Positions 13,747 to 24,363 are shown, numbered from the stretch's first letter. The stretch: DNA of 64,000 nucleotides from Neoconidiobolus thromboides FSU 785 (GCA_025603075.1 MU626324.1:40611-104610); one strand, 5' to 3'. Translations and numbers: made by a program. Notes: a model not told the origin generated them from the sequence alone.

Positions 13747-14764
13747 TTGGATGATGGTTTCTTTCATCGTTTTACTATGAGTAGTATAAATTTATTATTA
13801 AACTATACTTTAATAAATGAGGGTAGCCTTCATCCAAGCATCAAATATAGATTGAAGCTGGTTGAGAACAGAGAAATAAAGGAGGATAGTAAGAATAGCC
13901 AAAGTAACAATATATTAAATATAATCAATAAAATAACAAACAAGAAGGAAGATGAGCGTCAAGATAAGTGTAAAAATAATAATTATTTAATAATAATCCA
14001 TCAAAAAATCACTAAAGATTTATTTGTCGATCCCTATCAACTAGAACAGCACAAAGAATATTACAAAGATTATTTCAAAAATAAAAATATAGGTATTCAG
14101 TTAATTTATTCTAAGTTAGATTTAGAGTTACCAATTTACGAAGTCAATGATAGCTTTGTTAATTATTTTCAACTGTTATGGAATGTTAACAATTTCACCA
14201 ATAAAAACGAAATTAAATTTACATTACCATTACATTTAAGATATAGAAAACCAAATTATGATACTAGATATGAGATAATTAATATAAATCCCCCTAATTT
14301 GAGCTTAATGTGTTTAAATGGTAACTATTGATTATATTTTAATTTTCTTTAAGCTAACTATTTTAGATGTCAATTATAATACAAATAATTATAATAATTT
14401 GATTGATAATATAAACAATGTAAAGCAAATGCCATACAACTTAGCTCTATTTAATAGTAATATGGATATAAACGATAAAAACGTTATTTTAGTTAATAAT
14501 ACCAATGATAATTATAATTTACGAAAGATTAATAAACAAGAATACTACTTCCCAAATAACAATTTAGCTTTACCAAAAATGAAAATAAGAGCACCAAATG
14601 GAGATTTAAATTATGAAATAATAGTCGGTATAATCACTTTATTATCCTTATTAATAGTCATTTATTACTTGATAACCAGTATCAAATCTTATTCTCCAAA
14701 AAAGAATTTACTGTCTCCCCCTAATTCACCTACTTCATTAAAGCTTAAAAATAAAAACAACTAA
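13747..14764 (+). CDS. PIG-X/PBN1-like GPI mannosyltransferase I subunit; 2 exons, start uncertain (first ATG 13777)
   Basis: GFFHR, DLFVDPYQL, DLELP and FTLPLHLRYRKP motifs; intron from 14321; C-terminal TM helix IVGIITLLSLLIVIYYLI. Confidence 0.7.
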
Positions 14765-14781
14765 AGTTTGATTTATTTATT

Positions 14782-15018
14782 TCAGTTTCTACCTAAGGCG
14801 CCTAAGGCACCACCACCAAATACATTTCCTAACATCTCTTGAATTAAATTAACTGGAATAAATGGACCCATCACCCTTGGTGCAAAGTTTTGAGTAGTTG
14901 AAATTGGACCCCACGTACCTGACGTGACCTCAGTTGGATTGCTATTATTATCTGCTGGAGCACCAATTATAAGACTAAGAGATAATAATAAACAAAATAA
15001 ATAAGCTGTGATGTTCAT
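14782..15018 (-). CDS. Small secreted protein, 78 aa, unknown function
   Basis: Signal peptide MNITAYLFCLLLSLSLIIGA-P; coding-like GC elevation against the AT-rich flanks; Gly-rich amphipathic C-terminus. Confidence 0.6.
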   Translation of the reverse strand: MNITAYLFCLLLSLSLIIGAPADNNSNPTEVTSGTWGPISTTQNFAPRVMGPFIPVNLIQEMLGNVFGGGALGALGRN

Positions 15019-15367
15019 TAGTTGTATAATTTTTATTTTATTTTTATTTTGTATTTATAGTGTTCTAATTTAATTTATGAGTTACTCAAGTTTGAATTGT
15101 CTTTAATTTTTTAACGGTTCTGATTTTATATATCAAATTAATAATTAATTTCAGTAAGTGTATCAATTAATTATTTATAAATAGTTGCTCATTCTTATTT
15201 ATAGCATATATTAATATTTATAATATATCAAATATTATGATGTACGCCATTATTTATATTTCATTTAAATTACGACGAAAAAGTATTTACAAAGAATGAC
15301 TAATTTAAATTAACTTTTTTTAATTTAACAAAATAAAATAACAAACTTTAGATCTTAAAAAACGATA

Positions 15368-16225
15368 ATGAATCAGCTAAAAAGAATATTACAAACTAAT
15401 CAACATATAAAGTTATTAAAATCAAACTCATCATTTAATAATTTATTGAAAGCAAAATTTCATACTCAGATAGCCTATGGTTTATCTTCTGGATATCATT
15501 TTGATACCTATCAATTCTCACAAAGGTTAGAAGCAGAAGGATTTAACTCAAAGCAAGCGGAGACCATTGTCAATGCTTTGGATGAAGTATTGAATCAAAG
15601 GTAAAGTCATAGTCATAGTACTAATAGGAATAATAGTAACTGTAATGCATATGAATCAAAAGTTAAATAATAGAATGATTAACGTAAAGTTTAGTATAGA
15701 TGATTTAGCTAAGGAGATGGTAACCAAAGAAGAGCAAGAAAAAGTAATTTAATAGTCATATTTAATATTCTTGATTAATTAAATAATAAGAGCATTTATA
15801 CATATAAAATTGATTTTACGCAATTAAAAAATGAGATTAAGATGCATGAAAAGAAGGATTATGAGTTACTGAAGTTAGAAAACGAGCGTTTACTTTCTGA
15901 AGTTGAAAAACTAAGGAGAGAATTTAAAGATGAAATTAATAAGTCTCAAGCTGGCTTTCGACTCGATATGAATTTAGAAAAGGGTAGATTAAAGGATGAA
16001 GCTAATAATCAAGCTAGTAAATTAATTGACTCTCAAGCTAAAGTAGAACAAGAAATTTTTTCTCTTAAAGCTCAATTAGAGAATATTAAGTTTCAAATTT
16101 TACAATATATGGTCGGTACCATCACTGGTACTTCTGCTTTAATCTTAGGTAATTGGTTTTTATTTCATTTTATATTAATCATGCTCATGTGTTTTATCTT
16201 AGCTTATTTAAGAATGTTTAAATAA
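15368..16225 (+). CDS. DUF1640/CCDC90 (MCUR1/Fmp32/Put6-like) mitochondrial coiled-coil protein; multi-exon
   Basis: Basic N-terminal presequence; HFDTYQFSQRLEAEGFNSKQAETIV; coiled coil RLDMNLEKGR; C-terminal TM and end LAYLRMFK after a final intron. Confidence 0.8.
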
Positions 16226-16305
16226 AAGTATATTGTTTTTATTACTGCTTTTTATTGTTTTAATAGAAATGAAATTTAAAAATTATAACTATAACTGTTT
16301 ATAAT

Positions 16306-18063
16306 TTAAAGTGGAGGAAAAAGAATATTAGGATCATTAATAACAGAATCAGTAGTTTCATCTCGTACTTGTTTAAGGAAAGGTATAAGATCTGTACCAC
16401 CTGTACCACGGAATGTATCACTATCGGATTCTGCACTAGCTTTACTTCTGGCTAATCCAAATTCTAAATTAAATTTTGCACTATTTTTTCGGGTCAATTT
16501 GTTGGCTGAGTTTGCTAACTGTGGGTAAGACAAATCAACACTTCCTGACCCCGTTCCGCTTCTTAATCTTGGGCTCTCTCTTACAAATGAGTTTGGGTTA
16601 GAGCTATTTGAAGTTGGACTTTGACTAATTCCATTGCTACTATTATTTACATTGATAATAGATATAGGAGAAGAAGACCTTGTACTCCCTTTTGTATCAT
16701 TTTCTGGTATACTATCTAGAATATTAGTACTACTATTAGGGTTAGGATTAACTAAAGATGAAATAATAGAATCCTTTCTTAGATTGTCAGGTTTAATAGT
16801 ATGCTCAGAGTCAATAGTAAAACTACCAATAGAAGGCCCTTTTCTTGCAGGTACAATAATATATCGGGTTACTATTTTTATGTGTTGATCTCTGAACTCT
16901 TTTAAATTTAATACGCACTCATTATATGCCTCTGCACATTCTCCTCCATTTCGTTCCACAAATTCTTTTATATTGCTAACTAATGCTAAATCTTCTAAAA
17001 ATTTACGATGTAACCCTGGCATGTAAGCGCGCATACTGTATAAATAAGTTTCACTTGATTTCTTAATTTCACCTTTTTCCTTCATTTTTTGCCATTCAGA
17101 ATTTGTCGGATAATGCACAATGCCTAATGCAATGTCTAATACTTGAATCAAAGCGCTTTGTGCTGCCGAGCCACCAGCGTACTGACGAAATTGAATAGGA
17201 TCTCCGACTTTCCTATCAATATCATCAACCCCTTTATAAAGAATACCATGAGGCAATCCAGCTTCACTCATGTTTTCCCAGCCTGCTAAATAAGGTCTTA
17301 ATTTCCAATAAAATAAATAGGGATCACATTTCTCATACATTCTATCTAATAGTTCGGTCATGCCTTTGATTGAAGCTGCCATTTTTTTTAGTTCAATTAT
17401 TACGTTTTGTGTATCAATTGATTTTATATAATTTAGCGTATTTATTATTGATGATAATGCTATTCCTCCTTTTGCTTCAATTGCTACTGTAATTAAATAA
17501 AACCATGCTTCATCTAAAGATCCTGTAAATGAGCTTAGTGTACTCAAATTATTTAAGTCGACTTCTTCTTCTTCGTCAATCAATTTCCAATTCCACAATA
17601 CAACCGCTGCATTACAGCTTACTGGATTAATGCCTAATTTTTCCGATATTTGAACTAGTGGCACAGCAATGCATTCGGGTAAGGCTTGAGAAACAGGTTC
17701 ATTTTTACCCCAAATAAATGAGTGTTGAAGGAAAGTCAAAATTGAAAAAGCTCTCTGATATTCTTTTAAATTGATTAATTTATCGATTGATAACACTTTC
17801 AATTGTAAAATTCTATTACGATATTTCCCACATAATAAGAGATCCTTCATATCCGCAATTAATGTTTCCCAAGGTTCATAATAGATATCGCTTAATCTCT
17901 TTAGTGGCGGTGTAGCTGGAAGAAATCCAGTTTTTGGGTTCATGTCATAATCTTCAAGTTTGGGTATTTCCAATTTACTATTGTCTTCTTTTTTAGTAAA
18001 TAACTTTCCCAATTCACTGATGTAATTCTTTGGAGGAATACTTTCTACTTTAGTTTGTGTCAT
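16306..18063 (-). CDS. BNA2: Indoleamine 2,3-dioxygenase, intronless
   Basis: GFLP..PL..L, EAWFYLITVAIEA, LRPYLAGW, YAGGSAAQSALIQ, FRDQHIKIVTRYII and GTGGTDLIPFLKQVRDET are IDO signatures. Confidence 0.92.
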   Translation of the reverse strand: MTQTKVESIPPKNYISELGKLFTKKEDNSKLEIPKLEDYDMNPKTGFLPATPPLKRLSDIYYEPWETLIADMKDLLLCGKYRNRILQLKVLSIDKLINLKEYQRAFSILTFLQHSFIWGKNEPVSQALPECIAVPLVQISEKLGINPVSCNAAVVLWNWKLIDEEEEVDLNNLSTLSSFTGSLDEAWFYLITVAIEAKGGIALSSIINTLNYIKSIDTQNVIIELKKMAASIKGMTELLDRMYEKCDPYLFYWKLRPYLAGWENMSEAGLPHGILYKGVDDIDRKVGDPIQFRQYAGGSAAQSALIQVLDIALGIVHYPTNSEWQKMKEKGEIKKSSETYLYSMRAYMPGLHRKFLEDLALVSNIKEFVERNGGECAEAYNECVLNLKEFRDQHIKIVTRYIIVPARKGPSIGSFTIDSEHTIKPDNLRKDSIISSLVNPNPNSSTNILDSIPENDTKGSTRSSSPISIINVNNSSNGISQSPTSNSSNPNSFVRESPRLRSGTGSGSVDLSYPQLANSANKLTRKNSAKFNLEFGLARSKASAESDSDTFRGTGGTDLIPFLKQVRDETTDSVINDPNILFPPL

Positions 18064-19587
18064 TTTTAGTACCCTTTGTTTTTTCTCTTTTTTTCCACAA
18101 TTTGATTATCTTGGTTTTTGCTTTTATATCTTTATCTTATATCTTTATTCTTAAAAGGTTTTTATTCTAATAATGTATTAATAATAAACGTGATTTGACT
18201 TTAAGCTAATATTTAAATAAAAAGGACTAAAACAAGCAATTTTCGTAATAGTTTTTTTGCAGATCTAAATTTATGTAAAATTTATATAAAAAATGAAATA
18301 ATGTAGAATATAAGCGAGACGTAAATGTTACCAACTTAGCAAAAAAAGTTCTTAATAAAATAAGGTTTTTAAATCAAACCAATAATATCATTACTGAATA
18401 TTAAATAAATGCCTGTTGTTGTTTATAACTGTTATTTTATGTGTTGTTGTATTTAAAATTTCTGTTTTACAAAAAAAAGTATTTTATTCTCAAACAAAGC
18501 TATTAAACTAGTTTTAACGAATAGGTCAATAATGTTTTCAATACGTTTACACTAATGCTAATAAAAGCAGTAATGAAATGTTTAAGAAAAATGAATTCTT
18601 GAACTTTAAACATTTGCTATAAAAAAAACATATACTATTCTCAATTGGATCAAATAAAAGTAATTTCATTTAAATAGAGCCTATGAATACAACTATTGTA
18701 CTTTTGTTGACACAAATAGGAATAAAAGTAGTATTATAATCTGCTTGAAAGTAGTACGATTTTTAATTCATTCTCACTTCAATCAAAAAAACTTAAGAAT
18801 ATTATTTAAAAATTTGAGCGTTGTGTTATAAATAAGGTAAATAATAACAATAATTAGATCTTGTATTAGTATTCGATGCTCACAAAAAGAACAAGACGGA
18901 TGATGACTCACCTTTAGCAGTGTTTTTAATAATAATATAAGTAAATAAGCCCTAATCGTGGGTAGATAACTATAAATATAGCAATCAATAAAAACCAAGT
19001 GAATTGTTATAAGTTTACTACTTGATACTTATATTAATAAACTGGAACTCTGAACTTTAAATCAATATTATACTAAGTATAGGAATAATAATGCTAGAAT
19101 AAACTTTAATTCAATATTAACAATTATAATAAACTTAAAAATTTCACATAATTGTTATAAAGAATTACATGAAAACAAATGAATACCAATATTAATTTTT
19201 ACTCGTTTTTAAATACCTCTTATACAGATTATAGTGATAGTAGCATAGAAATATAAAATAAGAAAGTATATATTTTTGTAGTATGTTTAAAAAAAATATA
19301 TTCGAAATTCGTTTTATTTTTTATAGATGGTTGAAAATATAACGCATCAAGCGTTATTTTTTGCAAGCTGCTACTAAAACTCTATTAGTCTAACATAACC
19401 TTTTATTCCCTCTTGTGTGTTATGTGTACTAAATAATACGTATAATGGTCAAAAAAGAATTTATCAAAAATGTAACTTTTATATAGCTTTTGTAGATTAA
19501 AGGGTTTAAATATAATAAAAGTATTCTAACCCCCTATTATTTATCAGTGTTACTATTATAAAAAAGTAAAAACATAAAGAAATTAGA

Positions 19588-19693
19588 ATATGGGGATGTA
19601 TTTTTGTGTTTAAGAGTTTTACTGACAATCTTTCCACTCAAATAGTGCTTAAAAAATGGAAAAGTAATGAAATCGAAAAAAACACCCCCATAT
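19588..19693 (+). mobile_element. Family-1 MITE-like element, copy 3
   Basis: Near-consensus: ATATGGGGATGTATTTTTGTGTTTAAGAG...TTTCCACTCAAATAGTGCTTAAAAAATGGAAAAG...AAAACACCCCCATAT. Confidence 0.85.
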
Positions 19694-19722
19694 AATGCAA
19701 CTCATTAGTAGTTAAAGACATT

Positions 19723-19828
19723 ATATGGGGATGTATTTTTTTGTTTAAGAATCTTACTACAATTTTTCCACTCAAATAGTGCTTAAAAAAAGAAAGATAA
19801 TGAAACTAAAAAAAATAGCCCCCTATAT
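19723..19828 (+). mobile_element. Family-1 MITE-like element, copy 4
   Basis: ATATGGGGATGTATTTTT...CCACTCAAATAGTGCTTAA...AGCCCCCTATAT, 29 bp after copy 3. Confidence 0.85.
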
Positions 19829-19904
19829 TCAAGTTATTAGTTGATTGTAAATAATGGTTTTAAATTATATTTTTCAAAATTACAGTAAATCCAACAAAAA
19901 CATT

Positions 19905-20004
19905 CAGAGGTGTTGTTTCTGGTTTCATCACTTTTTTCATTTCTTAAGTGCTATTTGAGTGGAAAATTTTTTAGTAAAATTTTGAATAAACACATTATCT
20001 CCAT
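19905..20004 (-). mobile_element. Family-1 MITE-like element, copy 5 (eroded ends)
   Basis: Internal TTTCATCACTTTTTTCATTTCTTAAGTGCTATTTGAGTGGAAAA...TAGTAAAATT matches the reverse consensus. Confidence 0.7.
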
Positions 20005-20201
20005 TTATTTTGAATAGCACATTTATAAATAAAATAATAAAAGTCTTCTTTTCACATATATTGTTTCTATCTTCCAACATAAATTTTTACGAAAATAGTT
20101 TATACCATATAAAATTATTACTATTTTAAGTCAAACAATTAAGCTTTTATTTCATTAATTTAAAAATCATATAAAACCAAATTAAAGATAAATTATTAAG
20201 G

Positions 20202-20308
20202 CTATGGGAGTGTTTTTTTTGACTTCATTATTTTTTCCATTTTTTAAGCGCTATTCAAGCGGAAAATTTGTTAGTAAAATTCTTAAGCACAAAAATACAT
20301 CCCCATAT
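20202..20308 (-). mobile_element. Family-1 MITE-like element, copy 6
   Basis: TATGGGAGTGTTTTTT...TTAAGCGCTATTCAAGCGGAAAA...ATACATCCCCATAT; retains both internal CpGs. Confidence 0.85.
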
Positions 20309-21410
20309 GTTGCTAAAACCAACATAAAGCTTTATTATAAATTTCGAACTAAAAAAGAGTATTATAATAGAATCATTGATTTAACTATGATATATGATGG
20401 TTCAAGTTTTGTTCAATAATAATTTTAATATTTATTTTAATACCTTTTTAGTACTACTTGTAATTGCCTTTTTCATTTTTTAAATGCCTTAAAAATTCAA
20501 AAGTATTTTTTGCATCATTTTGTTACTATTACTTATGATTGATACGTTTAATTATTAAAAATAGAATATAAAAAATGCTAATAAATGTATAATAACACTG
20601 TGAGGAAGTTTCAATGACAATGCCAACAACCACAAAAATCCTATGAAGTCATCTGCTAAACTGTAGTAATCCCTTGGGTTTGCTCATTTGTTATACTGGC
20701 AACCTTTTGACATCTCATGCCCTATAATTAATAATATACAATTAAATCTATATATTATTATAGTCACTATAATGGCTATAATTTGCTATTTATTATTATT
20801 ATATACTTTTGTTAAACTTTGTATAGCTTTGAAGATAGAATAAAGTACAAAAGTATAGTGGTAAACTAGATAAAATTATACTAACTTAACAAACTTATCT
20901 CGTTCTTATTTTGAGAGTATACGTTACCAATTCTCAAAATTTAATCTGAAATCTGTTATCAAAATTTTTATCCCCTTTTATTCAAGATAAGCATTATCTT
21001 ACTAATATTTTAAATTCCAAGGGCATTTATACAGCGTTTTATAAATGCAATAGCTATTTTAATGGGTAAATTGGTGGATTAATAAGGTTGATTTTGATGT
21101 TGATGCTCTAGAAATACAACAAATTCTAGTTTAACTTTAGCTTTTTAACAATAGGGTGAATGTTTTTAGCCCTTTTAAGGAAATTCTCTTTATGTTATAG
21201 CTAAAGTCAGGAACTACAACATGAAAACCTTTTCAGCATCCAATTAAATCAAGCCAGATTTTGCTTCTAATGCATTAATTGTATTTTAAGCAAATGATGC
21301 CTCTACTTTATTACACATTATAGGATAAAAATCGACATGCTAAAGTATAAAGCCGAAACGTGAATTCTTTTCAAATTTCATTTTTTAAACTCCAAATAAT
21401 ATAAATTGTT

Positions 21411-22430
21411 ATGATTGCTGCTAATGATAGTTCCAAACCCAAAGAAAGTAACAAATTGTTAGATTGTTCATTAGATCAAGTTGTCTCTGAAATGAGAAAA
21501 GATCGCAGAGGTAATTCTAGGAACAAAAGACCAAATAGGAACAATAGACCAAGACGCATCTCAAATTCTCCTACTAATAACAGTAACGGCAGATGGAAAC
21601 ATGATAAGTTTGAGCAGAAGGCTGATAGAAGAGATGAGCGTCCAAAGGCTCTGTTTACTAGGGACCTTCGTAAAAATCGTGTTCCAGAAAAGGGTTTTAC
21701 CACTAGTGAACTTAGAAAAAGAGCTTCTCGATATCCTTCTTCGAGGAATGCAGACCATTATGACACTGAGTCTGGTCATCAAGGTGCCTCTTCTCAAAGC
21801 TGGAAGAGAGAGTTAGTAACTTATGACGACGCTGAAGATGAAGATTACATTAACGAGGAAAATGACTCACTTTTGGTTAACTTTCAAGCACCTTTGTCAC
21901 CATCTTTAGATAAGGACCCTATCACTATCCGTGGTACTTCTAAGCCAGCCACTGTGCTAATTTCTAACATGAGCTTGGGTGCATGTTCTGAAGATATTGA
22001 AGCTACGTTTAGCAAGGTTGGGCAAGTACTTTCGGTTGAGATGCTTTACAACTCTGAAAATAAATTTACGGGTAATGCTGAAGTATGTATGGGGTCCTTA
22101 CAAGATGCTAAAAAGGCTGTTGCTGAATATAATAATGAAATTGCTGATGGTCATCGTATACAATTAACCATCAAACCAGACTATTCTAGTACTAATAATA
22201 ATGATGGGTATGGTAGCTCTGAAAAAGGTAATAGGGGTCGTAATAGATCTCGTGAAGTTAGTTTAGAACGTTATGGCTCTGACTCTAATGATCGTTCTAA
22301 TTATCGTCGTGATGAAAAACTATTGGATGAAAATAAACGTGGTGACCGTCGCTCTACTCATCCTATTCGTCACCATAAAGAGTCATCTAAATACAGTCCA
22401 TATCCAAAGAACTCAACTCGTCGTCGCTAA
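21411..22430 (+). CDS. Aly/REF (Yra1/THOC4)-like RRM protein, intronless
   Basis: N-terminal LDCSLDQVV (REF-N/UBM type), WKHDKF (WxHD motif), RRM TVLISNM...IEATFSKVGQV...FTGNAEV, and Arg-rich flanks. Confidence 0.65.
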   Translation: MIAANDSSKPKESNKLLDCSLDQVVSEMRKDRRGNSRNKRPNRNNRPRRISNSPTNNSNGRWKHDKFEQKADRRDERPKALFTRDLRKNRVPEKGFTTSELRKRASRYPSSRNADHYDTESGHQGASSQSWKRELVTYDDAEDEDYINEENDSLLVNFQAPLSPSLDKDPITIRGTSKPATVLISNMSLGACSEDIEATFSKVGQVLSVEMLYNSENKFTGNAEVCMGSLQDAKKAVAEYNNEIADGHRIQLTIKPDYSSTNNNDGYGSSEKGNRGRNRSREVSLERYGSDSNDRSNYRRDEKLLDENKRGDRRSTHPIRHHKESSKYSPYPKNSTRRR

Positions 22431-22628
22431 TCTTTCTTTTAATTATTGTAAGGTATAGAAATTATTTATGTAATTTAAATGCTGATTTTTATATAAAATT
22501 CTAAAAAAAATAAAGTTTAATATTTTAATTTAATATTTCTACTATTTTAATATTTTATGAAAACAATGTCAATAGTAGTGAAAGTAAACTAGTGCAATTA
22601 TATTTATTACAATAATTGAAAATAATAA

Positions 22629-23412
22629 CTATTCTTTTTTAAACTCCATTACTTCGACTTGTACTTCTCCATCCTTGAGTTTATAAATATAACTTGTAAC
22701 TAAAGAATCTTGTAAATCTAATAAAATAAAAGATGGAATAGGTTCAATACTAAATAAAGAATAAATGTATGCAAATTAATATCGAAAACTCTTTTACCTT
22801 CCGCCTAGAGAAGAAAAAGCACCTGTACCCGTACCAGGATTAATAAAAAAGCGATTGTTTTTATCGTAAACTTGTAATTGATGAGTATGACCGAAGATTA
22901 AAATATCAACGTCCATCTGTTGAGCTTTACTTTCTAAAGTATCTGGATGAGCCCAAGGGGTAAATTGATGACCATGAATTAAACCAATCTTATAATTCCC
23001 ATGAGTTATTATTTTACTTGTTGGCCAGGCACCTACCTTCATAATGGATTTAAAATAAGTTGCTATTTTAATAAAACTATCAAATTATAAACTTTACTGT
23101 ATCATATTCTCCTTGAACTACGTGCACTTCATTACATACACTTTTTAAATACTGATAAGTTTCTGAACTATTTAAATTTCCTGTACATAATATCTGTTGA
23201 ATTCTACCCGGAATCTATATTTTAAATAAGTATTAGTATTTAAATTACAGGCACATTAGCAATCTTCTTTACCATTAACTTTTTAAATGCTTTTGGTAGA
23301 TCGCTACTTCTGTCAGGTATGTGTAAATCCCCTATTGCTAATACTAACTAATAAAACAAGAACAAGTTACTTATATGCTTCCATTAGCGTCGTTTCTTTT
23401 TCTTACCACCAT
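22629..23412 (-). CDS. VPS29: Retromer subunit Vps29; multi-exon
   Basis: Spliced MV|LVLAIGDLHIPDRSSDLPKAFKKL...GLIHGHQ..PW...DVDILIFGHTH...FFINPGTGTGAFS...SFILLD...MEFKKE*. Confidence 0.92.
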
Positions 23413-23568
23413 GATATTGCTTGTTTAATTAAAAAGTATAGAATAGCAATAGAAATGTGGCTTTCAATATTAAAAAATATTATTAAGTAACTCAATTTAA
23501 TTGGTTAGTTTGATTTTAGATATTTGGATACACTTTGTGAGTTTATTAGTTCATAGTTAGTATATAAA

Positions 23569-24291
23569 ATGAGAGCGTTAATTCAGAGAGTAAAAAGTGG
23601 TAGTGTTACAGGTAATTCAAGCTTTAGTATCCTAATAATAGTTTAATTAGTGTGATCTATTATTTAGTGGATGGAAAAATCATATCAAGTATTGGAAAGG
23701 GACTATTAATATTAGTTGGAATAACTACAAAAGATGAAGTTAAAGATATAGATTTTATGTATTTATTTAAGTTTTAGGTTGAATGATAACTAATATTTTA
23801 ATAACAGGATCAAAAAAATATTAAATTTTCGATTATTCGAAGATGAAGAAGGAAATCCATGGAAAAAAAGTGTTAAAGATTTAGATTTAGAAATATTAAG
23901 TGGTAAATAATTTATTTTATTAATTTATTAATCCCTCAAACTAATGATTGTTTATATTGATTATTATAGTATCTCAGTTTACACTTTATGCAAAAGTAAG
24001 AAAAGGTAAAAATCACATATCTTAATAGTTAAAACTAATATCTTCAAGGTAATAAACCAGATTTTCACAGAGCAATGAAAAGCACAGACTCAAAGTCATT
24101 TTACACTGAGTTTTTGAATAAATTAAAGTCGAATTATGCTGAAAATAAAGTTCAAGGTAACTATCCAATATGATAATTTACTTATCAACTTATACTTTAT
24201 AGATGGTGAATTTGGAGCTATGATGGATGTACAATTAATTAACGATGGTCCTGTAAGTATATGGATAGATTCCAACGATAAAGAAGAATAA
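23569..24291 (+). CDS. DTD1: D-aminoacyl-tRNA deacylase; multi-exon
   Basis: MRALIQRVKSGSVT, LVGIT, RLFEDEEG..WKKSV, SQFTL, NKPDFHRAM and GEFGAMMDVQLINDGPV motifs across short GT-AG introns. Confidence 0.93.
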
Positions 24292-24363
24292 AGTATTAAT
24301 ATACTTATAGCAACTGAGGCATTAATTTTGATTTATTATCGCTTTTATTATATTTAATAATAT

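Noticed and set aside
19588-20308. Clustered palindromic repeats read as a CRISPR array
   Set aside because: Units are ~105 bp, in mixed orientation, irregularly spaced and dispersed across the window; the context is eukaryotic and no cas gene is present.
16634-22458. ORFs at 16634, 18783, 21476, 21561, 21601, 21979 and 22273
   Set aside because: Shadows of IDO or Aly/REF, or low-complexity AT-rich chance frames.
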